In this document: piece after piece, positions 47,473 through 60,606 of the stretch
Position numbering within the stretch: the stretch's first letter is position 1
Layout: each line of letters starts with the position of its first letter
Assembly: GCA_051294905.1 (NCBI GenBank)
Contig: CM119371.1
Location: forward strand, 28,646,001 to 28,710,000
DNA from: Botryllus schlosseri
Lineage: Eukaryota
Reading direction: 5' to 3'
Length of the DNA stretch: 64,000 nucleotides
Position numbers and translations under genes: made by a program
The notes under the pieces: model-generated
What the model saw: only the letters and a program-made list of their open reading frames with translations
What the model was told of the DNA's origin: nothing
The model's database searches: none

Positions 47473-49288
47473 GAGTAATTCCCTGTCAACATGCAAATGT
47501 TTTTTAAATCCGTCTCCACACCCTCTCAGATTTTTCTCTAAATTTATATATAACTAAAGCATCTAGTTCTGAGTACAACGAAATTTATTTCGGACAATTT
47601 CGTTGAACGGCTCCTGAGTTATTGCAGTTTGAAAAATGATGATTTTGTGATTACGCAACCATGAAATTTGGCAACACAAAACCTGTGTATGATTGTAACT
47701 GATATAGCTCAGAGGTTACGTATAGTTAAGGTTTGAATGTTATTTAGCAATAATTGTTGGTACATGTTCTTCACTTACCACGAATTTCCCCGCTCCACAG
47801 TACTGGGTCAGGATTCAAAACGCGATTTCAAAATTGGCATATGTTAAAATCGGTGATTTTCAACTCATCTGGTGCAATTCTATTTAAACCAAAATTCACA
47901 AGCAAGGTGTCATTTGAAAGCTGTTTTTAACTAGAATGCACAAAACCTAGTTTTATTATTGATATTTGACAGCAACATGGTTAAAAATATAATATGGTGC
48001 ATAATGCAAAATAGGTCATTTTTTAATTAATTTTAATTATATTAATTCAGTGATTATCTGATTTTGCCATTATGCTACTCCTTATATGATAATGTGTTTC
48101 AGTAGATAGCCTAATTATTGCCATACTCAGAGAGTACTTTTATTTATTACACGTGCATTATACTTGCAAGGGTGCTTCTGGGTTTACCGACTGTCAGTAA
48201 TTCAAGTCAACATCCAAATAATATTTCAATTCGTCTTCACACCCTCTCAGATTTCTCTGCAATATCATGCACAACTAAAGTACTCAATTTTGAGTAGAAT
48301 AGAATTTAATTAATATAACTTTATTGATCGGTTCTTGAGCAATTGCAGTATGAAGAATGAGGATTTCGTGCTTACTCAACCATGAAATTTGCGTATAATT
48401 ATAACTGCTAAAATCATTACTTATACAGGCTGCAGGTAGTAATGCTGGTAAGCAATGACTGGTGGTACATGTTCTTCACTCACTAGGAATTCCCCTCCGC
48501 ATTACAGAATCAAGGTTCAAATCTTGATTTGAAAATTGACATACCAGTATGTTAAAATCAGTGATGCGTGACGATATTTCTGAACTCTCTGGCACGACTC
48601 TATCTAACTCAAAATTCATAAGTAAGGTGTCATATGAAAGCTGTTACCAATTAGAATCCATCAGAATTGGTTATGAATTGAATATAAGACAGGAACACGG
48701 TTAAAAATATACTTTGACACATTATGCAGAACACATCATGCACTATTTAGAGCACATCTTTTCAATGAAGTTTTAGACAAGTGGCAGTCAAATGTCACAT
48801 GCAATACCAATTCAGCAACGTTCTACTCTTTCCAAGCTTCCATTTGACACCTTCCTCGAAAAAATCGGTTTAAATAGAATTACGCTAGGCAGAGTTGCAT
48901 ATTTATTACGCATGGCTGATTTTGAAAACATGATGACTTTGAATTGACATTTGACCCCTAACCCCCATTAGTAAAGTTGAAAATTTAGGTCTATCACAAT
49001 AAGCATATACCAAAATATCTTACTACAGAAATTTAAGTCTGCCCGGCAGCAATTTGATCACTATAATGTTAATTACAATTAGACACAGGTTCCAAGCGGT
49101 ATAGCGTCACAGCCGAGTGAGCACAAAATGTCATTTTTCAAATTGCAATAACTCTGTAACGAATTGTCCGATTTTCTTGAAACAAAATTTGTTATGCACC
49201 AAATTTAATGCCTGATCGATGTGAAAATTTTCAATTTGATCTGAGATGGTGTGGAGACGGGCGTTTGCATGTTGAGAGGGAATTACTC
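47473..49288. mobile_element. Non-autonomous Sola2-like element (GAG termini)
   Basis: GAGTAATTCCCT(G/C)TCAACATGCAAA at both ends; 4-bp TSD AGTT at 47469-47472 and 49289-49292; subterminal CACC(A/C)TCTCAGAT and AAGGT.TCAT.(T/G)GAAAGC motifs shared with 19182-24199. Confidence 0.85.
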
Positions 49289-52200
49289 AGTTGTAATGGA
49301 CTGATAAACCGAAATTGAGCCTAATGTTCTCCGCATTTGGCTCCAACTTGAGGTGCTATGTCATTGTATTACCTTAGTCTCATTTTGCTAGGTTTGTGCT
49401 GAAATGAACCTGATATCTTCTGCACGATGTCTATAATGGTCATTGGTCAAGCAGTGTCCAATTACGATGAGCCATAGTTGATGCAAGAAATATTTTTCAG
49501 ATGTTACATCAGTAGGCTACTTCTCATTCTGAAAAGGCAAAACTTGATCTTTAAACATTGCAGCAAAACCAGGCTATAATCAAAATGAGCCTAGCCAGAT
49601 GAGCCAATGGTGTGCTGTACTAGTGTTGTTCAAAATTTTTACTTCAAATTTTAGTGGCTGTCCGATGGAATTGTTAGGTTGCCTAAAATCACAATGGTTA
49701 ACAAATTTGGTTCCATTCCTACTGGCAGAAGCGAAGTTATTGCAGTACAGACCATTTTGGATATGTGTTTGGATAGTATTTACTGTGTAAAATTCTACCA
49801 TTGTGCTATGCCGAAAAATTGTTACTCAGTGTGTGTGAACGGGAAGTAGCCTACCGTAATGCTTATTTGTGTATGTCTTGATCTTTATAATCGCCCATAC
49901 GCCCGAATATTGCCATTATATTTAAAATGAATTTGATACCAATTCTGTAATAAGAAGTAGATTTTATCGAAAGAAAAGTCACAGCAACATTGTTATTAGC
50001 CAATAGTAAATCAGTACCTACTTACAACTTGTTAAAACCACCCACTCAATTTTGAAAGAAATGCAACTTTGCTCTAAGCTAGATTCTATGATGCCATCGG
50101 ATGCCGCCAGCGGTCCGTGGACATATGAGCATGTGACACTTCATCATGCGACAATTGGGCATGCGACACCTGAGCATGTGGGAAAAGGTTCAAGTTAGGG
50201 ACGGGCAAGGCGTAGATTGAGGATTGGGTTAGGCTTGGGTTTGGGTCGTTTTAGGTTAGGTTTTTTTCATTGTGTCACATACTCATACGGTATGTCGGCC
50301 AACTTGTACTGTTGGATTTCGTCAAATACTGTTTGAAAAGATTTCTCAGGTTTTGCATGTTATTGGTCTTGAAGGGACACTGTGCTCTAAAAATGATGTG
50401 GTCTCAGATTGAAGCACGGATTGAAAAATTTATTTTTTGACCGCAGCTGTTTTCTTCAGAAAGCCAATGTAATGGAGCTGCAATTGCATGAATGTTGGTT
50501 AAGAGCCGTTCCACTCTGGCTGCCGCGGCTTCCCATTGCAAAATTTCGGGCGATTAGGCAGTCACACAGAGAATGAACTTTAGATATTTGTCAGCCGATA
50601 TTATGAAGGAACTATTTGATGGTGAATTGGTGATGATCATGTTTATATAAAAGAACAGGACGTGATCTATTTCTGTCCAATTGAGTAATACACTAGGTCC
50701 GATTTGTAAGCAAGCTCTAGACACAAATCCTCCTGACTGAACATCTTTCGTTGAGTGTCGCTACCGCACGCCTACTTGCCTACTTACCGTAACTTAACCA
50801 CCGTGGTGTGTAAGACATAATTCGTACTGACAACAATCCAACGCTCGCGCGGCAGCTGGAGTGGAGCGGCCCTTATCCAAAATTCATTAAATTGAAGCTT
50901 CATTACGGTGACTTTCAAGAAAATGGCGAAGGCCAAAAATTTTGTTCAGTCTACGCTTCAATTTGAGACCAGAGCGGAGTGCCTCTTAAAACGAGTTGCA
51001 AGCTACTTTTATGCAGCTTGGCACATTGCTTGTTGCATTTTTACTTGGAATAAGTTGAAGGTAGCCTATACCACGAACTCTATATATCATGCCAGGAAAT
51101 ATTCTAAATGACCATACATTCCCAATTTCCGAGTAAGTTTTGAGTCGTATGGTGTTATCTAATTTTAATAGTCTAAAGCCCTCAACCAATTAGGCACCGG
51201 CGCCCGGCGGGTTTCTGCGAAAAATTTTGCTTCACTTTACAAAACTTGAAAACAAGACATGAATGGGATTAGAAATCAACAAGTAATATATCGTTGGACG
51301 CAGAATGTCAACACCTAACCAACTACGCCACAGAGCGAGACACCGCGTGTATATATAATTGAGAAAATAGGAAAACCTTGTTAAAGAAATGGACAAGTGT
51401 TGGTTACTTCCTTATAGAGTCCACTACGTATACCTAGTGTGAATAAGTATGTGCTGTTCACTGCGACAGAGATGATATCTTTCGAACCAGACATGAGTGC
51501 CGCTTTTGCTCAACTTATGCGCTACTATCAAAACACTGAAGCGTCTCACCGAAAACCGCAGTGTGACTCGTGGCTAAGCGTAGCGTAATGTTGTGCTACG
51601 CATATACATTTTGACGACGTTGATAGAAAGCTACTAATCAATTAAGAACATGGGAGCTATGACATTGTTTTTAATTTGAATTTGCAATCGTGAATGTCAC
51701 TTCCAAGGCAGTTTTTTTCTCGGCGTAGTTCAGGAAGACAACCTGTTTTCGAAGACTGCACTGTCCTACAAGCGTCACCATGTCTGCTATTGTCTTTGAT
51801 CAACCAAAGTATCGTGCAGTCCTAGATTTCGAAGCAGGCGATGCCGGGTAGATCGAATTTGCGAATGGCGTTAAGTCGCTTGCGCCCCAGCGACTTAGAT
51901 TTGAGGATTTTGAAAAGAGGGGACACGAGCCCTTAGCCCTGGATACCGAACAGTCTTGACCTCTCGAAGACATGTTTATGCTGCCTCGAGAGTAATAATT
52001 ATGGCCGGCATGAAACTTACTAACAAGTTCCTGCAATATTGATAAATTGAGTACAAAATTGAAGACTTGTCAAACAGCCATATCTTATATTCAAAAGAAC
52101 CGTATATGGCTCACAAGACATAGGTTCCTGACTGCTGCCATTTAGCTCCGTTCAAACCTTCTTTGTTGCCACTGTCACGTTTACACACTCCGTGCTTCAA

Positions 52201-53321
52201 AGTGTTACGTGATGCGCTTCCAAATCGCTAATTTGTAAAACGAGTCAGTCAGTGCTCGCGATTGCTGTAAATAATGAACGCGTAACGGTCAGGCATGTCA
52301 AAAAAGAAAAGGTGAGGGTCCGGGGCCGAAATTCCAAGATGATATGGAGCACTAAATCTTTGTTTACTGGATTCAGGGGCGAATTCGTTATTTTAGTTTG
52401 TGGCGAGCAGGTCGCCGCAGAGTATAATGTCGGTCGTTATTATGGCAAAAACACAAAGACTGACACTCAGCTAAGGGATGTCGAATTGCGGAAGCACTTC
52501 TAGATTCCATCAACCACAAGGCTATTTCGCCAAGCTGCACACTGCTCGGGAGATATAGGCTAGCGAGCAAGTCAAGCTAATACTTGTAGTATCCTAATTA
52601 CATTTTAATGTCCTAATACAAAAACTTGTGTGTGGGTTAAAGAGTTTAAAATGTATCTTGTTTACCATTGTTTTCAATTATGACTGCGACAAAATATTAT
52701 CCATTGTTGATAAATTATCACTTTCTCATTCAACCCCGAGCAGCATGTATTAACAATGTAATTCACTGCTTTCAATTTACAAATACAATCACTACCCTGC
52801 TTAATATAGTTAGAATTGTTGACTCAGCCCACCAACGTATTTTCTGATTTTCATTTGGCCCGCATGGAAAAATAATTGCCTACCTCTGGTCTCTATGGAC
52901 TATTATTTCTGGAGCCATTTTGATTATGACAGGAGCTGACAACACGGTGCTCGTGGATGATTGTGTTGTGGCCATTGATGTGCTCCGTTTTACCTCAATA
53001 GTTAAGAACATTTGCTGTATGACATACTGGTACAGCATTTGCGCAGACGGCAATCTAATGATGTTTTTTTCTTGATTTAGTTCCACACTTTCATACATAT
53101 AAGGTAGTGTGATACAATCATTTAGCCAAGATATAAGTGCTGACTTTAGTTGACATAATTAATTGTGAAATTTGTGCCGAACACTTTGAACTACAAGGAC
53201 TTCAAACTCCACGAAAAGAGTTACCTGGAGTCGAATATTTCAATTCTTGACCACGACCAGAAATATCGTGAATTCAATATTTCTAACAAAGCTTTTTCTC
53301 GGAGCAGTAACCTCAAGCTTC

Positions 53322-55538
53322 ATGGATATGAATGGCAACAAATATCATGAATGTGATATATGCGGGAAACAATTCCTTGGCAAAAGTCATTTCAAGCGTC
53401 ACATGGTGGTACATGCTGACATCAGAAATCATAAGTGTGATATATGTGGAAAAGAATTCTATCGCAAAGATTCTTTCAAGCGTCATGTGGATGTACATGC
53501 TGACATCAGAAATCATAAGTGTGATATATGTGGGACAGAATTCCGTCGTATAGGCCCCCTCAAGGGTCACATGAATATGCATGCCGGCTTCAAAAACTAT
53601 AAGTGTGATATATGTGATAAAGCATTTATTCAGGAGCATCAACTCAAGTGTCACATGGATATACATACTGGCTTCAAAGATCTCGAATGTGAGATATGTG
53701 GGAAAGGATTCCATCGCAAAAATTCTTTCAAGCATCATATGGATGTACATGCTGGCATCAGAAATCATAAGTGTGATATATGCGGGAAAGAATTCTATGA
53801 GAAAAATAATCTTAAGCATCATATGGATGTACATGCTGGCATCAGAAATCATAAGTGTGATATATGCGGGAAAGAATTCTATGAGAAAAATAATCTTAAG
53901 CATCATATGGATGTACATGCTGGCATCAGAAATCATAAGTGTGATATATGTGATGAAGCATTCAGTCAGAAGCGTCACCTCAAGGGTCACATGGATATAC
54001 ATGCCGGCATCAGAAATCATAAGTGTGATATTTGCGGGAAAGAATTCTATACGAAAAGTATTCTCAAGCATCACATAGATATACATGCCGGCATCAGAAA
54101 TCATAAGTGTGATATTTGTGGAAAAGAATTCTATACAAAAAGTATTCTCAAGCATCACATCGATGTACATGCTGGCATCAGGAATCATAAATGTGATATT
54201 TGCGGGAAAGAATTCTATACGATAAGTAATCTCAAGCATCATATGGATATACATGCTGGCATCAGAAATCATAAGTGTGATATATGCGGGAAAGAATTTT
54301 ATTGGAAACGTGTTTTTGAATGTCATGTAAATGTACATGCTGGCATCAAAAATCACAAGTGTGATATTTGCGGGAAAGAATTCTATACGATAAGTATTCT
54401 CAAGCATCATATGGATATACATGCTGGCATCAGAAATCATAAGTGTGATATATGCGGGAAATACTTCTGTAAGAAAAGTGAACTCAAGTGTCATATTGAT
54501 GCACATGCTGGCATCAAAAATCATAAGTGTGATATATGCGGGAAAGAATTTTATGGGAAACGTGTTTTTGAATGTCATGTAAATGCACATGCTGGCATCA
54601 AAAATCACAAGTGTGATATATGTGATAAAGCATTTAGTAAGAAGAACCTACTCAAGGTTCACATGGATATACATTTTAACTGCAAAAATCATAAATGTGA
54701 TATTTGTGGGAAGGAATTCTGCCAGAAAAAGAACTTCGATCGCCATATGAGTTTACATACTGGCATCAGAACTTATAGGTGTGATATATGTGGTAAAACA
54801 CTGAGTCGAAAGGGTCACCTCGATCGTCATATGATTATGCATGTTGACATCAAACAACAAAAATGTGATATTTGTGGGAAAGTATTCACTCAGGAAAGTT
54901 ACCTCAAGGCTCATATGACGATGCATGCTGACATCAAAGTTCACAGATGTGAAATATGTGGAAAGTTGTTTACTTTGAACAGTTACCTAAAGAGTCATAT
55001 GAACGTACACGTTGGCATCAAAAATAACAAATGTGATATATGTGGGAAATTATTCACGCGGAAAATTAACCTCAAGGCTCATTTGGACGTACATGCTCGC
55101 ATCAGAAATCATGAATGTGAGATATGTGGGAAAGTATTTACTCAGAAGAATTACCTCAAAGCTCATATGAACATGCATACTGGCAGCAAAAGCCATACAT
55201 GCGATGTATGCGGGAAAGTATTTGCTACAAAGAAAAACCTCGATCATCATGAGAATATGCACGTTGGTGTCAAGAGTTATAAGTGCGATGTATGTGGGAA
55301 AGTATTTACCTGGAAGAGTAACTTCAACCAACACAAAATTATACATTCTGGTGTAAAAAAGCATGAATGTGAAATATGTGGGATAGCATTTACTAGACCG
55401 GGTCACCTCAAATATCATCTGGATATGCACATTGGCGTTAAAACTCACAGGTGTGATATATGTGGGAAAGCATTTAATCGCAAGGGTAACCTCAAATGCC
55501 ATATGGACAAACATAAGAGTGAAATAGGGGGAGAATGA
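53322..55538 (+). CDS. Tandem C2H2 zinc-finger protein, copy 2 (26 fingers, open frame)
   Basis: 26 consecutive 28-aa C2H2 units with HAGIRN/HAGIKN linkers; first ATG at 53322; no effector domain seen. Confidence 0.92.
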   Translation: MDMNGNKYHECDICGKQFLGKSHFKRHMVVHADIRNHKCDICGKEFYRKDSFKRHVDVHADIRNHKCDICGTEFRRIGPLKGHMNMHAGFKNYKCDICDKAFIQEHQLKCHMDIHTGFKDLECEICGKGFHRKNSFKHHMDVHAGIRNHKCDICGKEFYEKNNLKHHMDVHAGIRNHKCDICGKEFYEKNNLKHHMDVHAGIRNHKCDICDEAFSQKRHLKGHMDIHAGIRNHKCDICGKEFYTKSILKHHIDIHAGIRNHKCDICGKEFYTKSILKHHIDVHAGIRNHKCDICGKEFYTISNLKHHMDIHAGIRNHKCDICGKEFYWKRVFECHVNVHAGIKNHKCDICGKEFYTISILKHHMDIHAGIRNHKCDICGKYFCKKSELKCHIDAHAGIKNHKCDICGKEFYGKRVFECHVNAHAGIKNHKCDICDKAFSKKNLLKVHMDIHFNCKNHKCDICGKEFCQKKNFDRHMSLHTGIRTYRCDICGKTLSRKGHLDRHMIMHVDIKQQKCDICGKVFTQESYLKAHMTMHADIKVHRCEICGKLFTLNSYLKSHMNVHVGIKNNKCDICGKLFTRKINLKAHLDVHARIRNHECEICGKVFTQKNYLKAHMNMHTGSKSHTCDVCGKVFATKKNLDHHENMHVGVKSYKCDVCGKVFTWKSNFNQHKIIHSGVKKHECEICGIAFTRPGHLKYHLDMHIGVKTHRCDICGKAFNRKGNLKCHMDKHKSEIGGE

Positions 55539-56524
55539 TTTAAAATGTATGTTTGTATTATTGTACAATTGCGCTCGACATGTATCCTGTTAGCCCAAAT
55601 GCATTTACTCGGAAAATTGAACAGAATACTTGCATTAGAATCAATCGGAAAATTATCGGCTGACACCCGTCATGGCTTGATCGTCAGCAACTAGTAGAGA
55701 ATTTAGAAGAACATTTTATATCAACAAATGTATTACCAAATATGACGTCACCGACATGATCATTTCTTCTATTCACCAACCAAATTTGTGCAAACAACGG
55801 GAGTTCGTGTATCATTTAAAGATATTACATTGTACTCAAACAATCCGTGTGCCTCGATTTTATTGTACGTGTGCCTTCAAGCTTCACATGAATATGCATG
55901 TTGGCATCAATATCATTATTGTGCGTTGTATTTTCTCAGTATTGCGCGACATGTTGATGTACATGCATAATTATAAATGCTGTGTAAGGGGGAAAGGATT
56001 TTTGTATGGGTCATGATTCTAGTGTCAATGACCATGAATGTAAGCTTTGTGACGAAAATAAATTTGAAGTGAAAATTTCGTTTCGTTGCTGTTATTTCAT
56101 GGACTATCCGTTAATTTAAAGTATCTCAGTATGATCTCAATTTTCATTCCTTTTCGTTGAATAAATTTGGTTCGCGGAACATTTCTTGATGAAATCATTT
56201 TCTTGCATCGTTATGGAAAGCTCTCCCCAGAATTTTTGAAGGTCAGTGTGCGTGGAGAGGTCTGTTTTTTGTATGCGGTTAAGATAGACCTTTTTATGGT
56301 TATGATCAATTTCCCAGTGATGTTTTTGTCTACAGTTGAACTTGCACCAGACATGCGCCAAGTCCTTCACAATTACACCAGGCATGTATCCTGTTTTCCA
56401 TCAAATTTCGACAATAGTGGATACTCCATTTCAACTACTGTGTTAATATTTTAAATGTGTGACGTGTTTCATTTCAAAACAAACGTGATTGGAATTATGC
56501 ATCTGCATGTCAGAAACAGTTACA

Positions 56525-57150
56525 GCGAATGCACGCATAAGCTTATTCCTGACTACAGTCCTTTAGGAGATTTTAGCCAAATGGTGATCTTTTGGTATTC
56601 GAAAATTCCAAAAATAACAGTTTTCTCTGGGTTCCCGTGGTGTGACAGCGAAGGTTCTTGTGTCTGATTGTATAACTTCAAGAGTTGCATCGAAGGCACG
56701 CAGAAGCTTATTCCTGACTACAGCCCATAGGACATATCGGCCAAATTGGACATTTTTTTGGAACACAAAAATAACAGAGTCTTCTCTAGGTTCCCGTTCG
56801 GACAGCTAAGTTTCTAGTGTTAGATTGTATAACTTCAAGAGGTACATCGGTTGCACGCATAAGCTTATTCTTGACTACAGCCCTTTAGGAGATATTGGCC
56901 AAATTGGTCATTTTCTTGGTATACCAAAATAACAGTTTTCTCTCGGTTCCCATGGACTGACAGCGAACTTTCTTGTATCAGATTGTATAACCTTGAGAGT
57001 TACATCGAATACACGCATAAGCTTATTTATGACTACAGCCCATTATGAGATATTGGCCAAATTGGTGATTTTTTGGTACACACAAATAACTTGAGTCTCT
57101 CTAGGTTCCCGTGGTCTGGCAGCGAAGTTGCTTGTGTCAGATTGTATAAA
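56525..57150 (+). repeat. Tandem repeat, ~160-bp unit x4
   Basis: CACGCA(T/G)AAGCTTATT..TGACTACAG near 56532, 56697, 56854, 57012. Confidence 0.88.
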
Positions 57151-57406
57151 TTTAAAATACGTGATCGTGCTCTTCAAATCTGATACTTTGATTTCCTATG
57201 AACGGGAGCCCGAAATTTAAAAAAGATAGTTTGGGGAGGGGACGGAATAATAGCGCGTAACGCTATTTTGCAAAGATTGCTTAGTTACCTTGATCGGCAA
57301 TGTTGTAAAGCAGAAAGTCGGCCTATAGTTTGCTGGGTAGGCCAGTTAACGGCACTTTCATGGGTGTATGATCGTGATCGTAACAGCTCTAAGCCAGCCA
57401 AATAAC

Positions 57407-59417
57407 CAGGGTTGCCATCTACATGGACCTAAAAATAAGGACAGTCGAAAAATTAGATTAGCATGAAAAGCGTTTTTGTACATACTTTGTATTTATACGA
57501 GCCGTGGCATACTTTTCGTCAGAAACAATCTGCTCCAGCAACTCCTTGCTATTAGAATGTGCGTCTCACGAGTGGATCTCACGAGTGCTCATGTCTAGGT
57601 TTGCCTTTACTCAGGGCCGAAGCAGCACTTCGTCAGTCCCTCCAAAAAACCGTTAGTCTTGACCACCCCCCACAGGGAGATAAAGGCCGTACACCAAGTT
57701 TAGACGAAATCATTTTTGAGTGTATGGTGCAAAAACTCCAGTAACAATGCTTGTAGTCTTGATCCTGGCCTAAGAAAACTTATTTGCGATGTTGGAATCG
57801 GGGATATTGCTTTGAACAATTGCGACAATGTGCAATCGTTGGTGAGGAATGATTGCTGTGTTTGACAGTATGGTATACCCAGGTACCCTCCGCAGCAGCT
57901 GCCTTGCAGTCTGTGGACGTCGTTGGTGCTGACCGACTTGTGGAAAAATTATTCATCGACTGACTCAAATTAATCATCATCACACACTTCTTGTGTTTTG
58001 GGGTATCAATGTGAGTTGAAATAGCGGGTTTTCCTAAGGCCTCCGGGTTAATGTCACAATTGCAGATATTGTAATGTGCGAAACACTCGCCCTTCAAGCT
58101 TCGTTAGGTACCTTTGAATTCTCTCTCAAAATCGTCACGAAAAACGTTTTTACGCCTATTCATTTTAACCAGGGTTGGGCAAACTTTTCAGGTCGCGGGC
58201 CGTATTCAACAACTGATTACAGTCGCGGGCCGCACAATGGTAAAATCGTATTTTTAAACCAAAACGCAAACTTTTACTCGATTATATAAAGCAATGGTTC
58301 CTAAACTATTTTGACTGCTATCCAAATCCGAGATTTATCGGCATCTCGCGATCCAAGCCTAGCACATCAAATCTTATAGATTTTAAATATAACTATGCTA
58401 CATTTTATCGGCATGTATACAATATAAGGAGAACACACATACATCAGTCGTACGCAATGCTGCTACATGGAACATGTCTGACTCGGCACGCTTTCAAATA
58501 AAGGTTTATTATTTGACCATACGGGTCGCATTTGTCCTACTCCTGTCTACACTCAGTCTCAGACTATTCACTACCGACTATTTCGACGACCGGACATATC
58601 AATATCGATGGTATCAGCCAGCCAGAAACGGTCATTTTAGCCAGGGTTTTATCGCCACTAATCACTCAGCTGGTTTATTAATATTTTCATCGTTTCAAAA
58701 TATTTTAAGAAAAAGATTAATCAATTCTCTCTAGTAATTTGATTCTTTACTGCAAAGTTTTATCAATATTTGTATCACATTTCTCGATGCCTTAGCGGGC
58801 CGCATGCGGCCCGCGGGCCATAGTTTGCCCACCCCTGATTTAAACTAATCAGATTTAGCCTTATTAGTAGCTAAAACTAGATGCGCTAGTGCAATATAAA
58901 TTTAGAACAATTTATCAATTATTTATAGCTTTACTACTTTTAACCAATGTGTCGACTGCACTGCGCCTTTTTTCACTATGCAATAAATGCTGCCTTCTCC
59001 ACAGCTTGAGCTTATTCTTCTGTAGACTAAACACCAGGAACCTGGTACTACTGTTTTTGCTAAAATGACATCCGCTGGGGTAGCTTGGTACAGACGAAAC
59101 TGCTATACCACCACTCACATGCCCTAGCTATCTCACCACTTAGAAGTCAAATCTTGGTGTGTGTGTGTACGTCATGAGAGTTCCTTTTATTTATGATGTC
59201 ATAAAATCTCGACAAAAAAGCATAGTTTTAGAATATTATGCACCACAGATACCAGAGGAAAACGATCGAAGTTTTGTAGTGGCTGAAAATAAGACAAAAT
59301 AAGGACGCAAGTCGAAAATAAGGACATTTCTTAGAAATAACGACGGTTGAGGTTTCTAAGACGTGGCCCTTCAAAATAAGGACAAATCTTAGAAATGAGG
59401 ACGGTATGGCAACCCTG
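57407..59417 (-). mobile_element. Internally deleted hAT element with transposase N-terminal remnant
   Basis: CAGGGTTGCCAT / ATGGCAACCCTG; TSD CAAATAAC at 57399-57406 and 59418-59425; ORF 57780..58097- has C..GK.AI..HI.T.KHK and AAEGTWVYHTVKH. Confidence 0.88.
58170..58837. mobile_element. Buster/Charlie-type MITE nested in 57407-59417
   Basis: CAGGGTTGGGCAAAC / GTTTGCCCACCCCTG; TSD ATTTTAAC/ATTTAAAC. Confidence 0.87.
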
Positions 59418-59491
59418 CAAATAACCCTTGTATCTCGATACCTGAATGTATTTTTGAAAATAGCACCTATGTTCGTAGTGTCGTTATAGTC

Positions 59492-60606
59492 TAGGGTTGC
59501 CATACGTCCGGAATTTCCCGGATATGTCCGGAATTTCACTGTTCAAACTAGCGTCCGGGAGGAATTTCTAAAATATGCCAAATGTCCGGAATTTTGAAGA
59601 CTTGACGTGGGCTCATAATTCTTTCGTAAATCAACATAAAAACAATATTTTTTGGGAATATTTATGCTGATGCATAATATTTTTCTTCGCGCTGAGGGCG
59701 ATTTACTATCACATTTATTGACTTTAATATGCAGACTACCACCATCGCAAAAACTGCAATAAAATATAAATTAAAACAACCTTCATTTACTGGAATAAGC
59801 CTAATTGTGATCGCAATTATAGGATAACGGTAAATTCCTAGAGATCGTTAAGGTTGTTTAAATGCTTTATTCAAAGATAATGGTTCCAAACGGGGGGTCG
59901 TTTGCCTATATTCTGGGGTTTGCGAATATGTTGAACGCAATCAGCTTTCAAAATAGGCCTAGCCCGTGAGTAAGTCTGGGCAAAGGTGCTGACTTCTTTT
60001 AGTAATCAGCTTGTCAAACTTTGATCTGGGCCACGGAATATTGTCAAATTGGAGATGGAGTCGCGACCATAAATGGTTGGAAACCACTGGATGTGGGGTG
60101 TTTATAAAGCTCCGTGGTGCGCACCGGCATACGGCTGATAAAAAATCTAATCGGTAGGACATGAACATGACTAAACGATGTGCAATTACGCTCCCTGTAT
60201 TTTCGAACTCATCATCCTCCACCAGCTCTACCGCTAACTCTGATCATGTGGGCGGAGAGTAGTATCTATATAGTAATATATGAAACGACCAGTATTATTG
60301 ACAGAATTCATTCAAACAATTTAACGACCAGATGCATATAGAAACCGGATTCATATAGCAAGCACCCCCCCCCCAGAAGTTGCATCGATTATCCTATAGT
60401 GTGAGCTCAAAATCATTGTTTATTTGGGCGGGAGGGGGCTGAACATATGTGCGTTTGGTCCCGGTTACACAATGCACAGTCACATCGTGACCACCTCTGG
60501 ACTATGACCAAAGATTTGCTACTCTGACGTCATGACTCATTTTGAAATCCACTAGTGGGCGCTAAAGAGTGTCCGGAATTCGGGTTGCTGAAATATGGTA
60601 ACCCTA
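59492..60606. mobile_element. Non-autonomous hAT-type element
   Basis: TAGGGTTGCCATA / TATGGTAACCCTA; TSD TTATAGTC at 59484-59491 and 60607-60614. Confidence 0.92.

Larger units (their letters stand above)
45205..56213 (+). repeat. Segmental duplication copy 2
   Basis: Colinear with ~16765-30470; near-identical small ORFs in the track (18420- vs 46460-, 30032+ vs 55756+). Confidence 0.93.

Noticed and set aside
53313..54608. 431-aa antisense ORF and other off-frame ORFs over the zinc-finger genes
   Set aside because: Shadow frames of an 84-bp periodic coding repeat; not kept open in the paralog.
16765..56213. Duplication as an assembly artefact (uncollapsed haplotypes)
   Set aside because: Copies differ by many substitutions, finger numbers and independent TE insertions, which favours true paralogs; not fully excluded in a highly heterozygous genome without read data.
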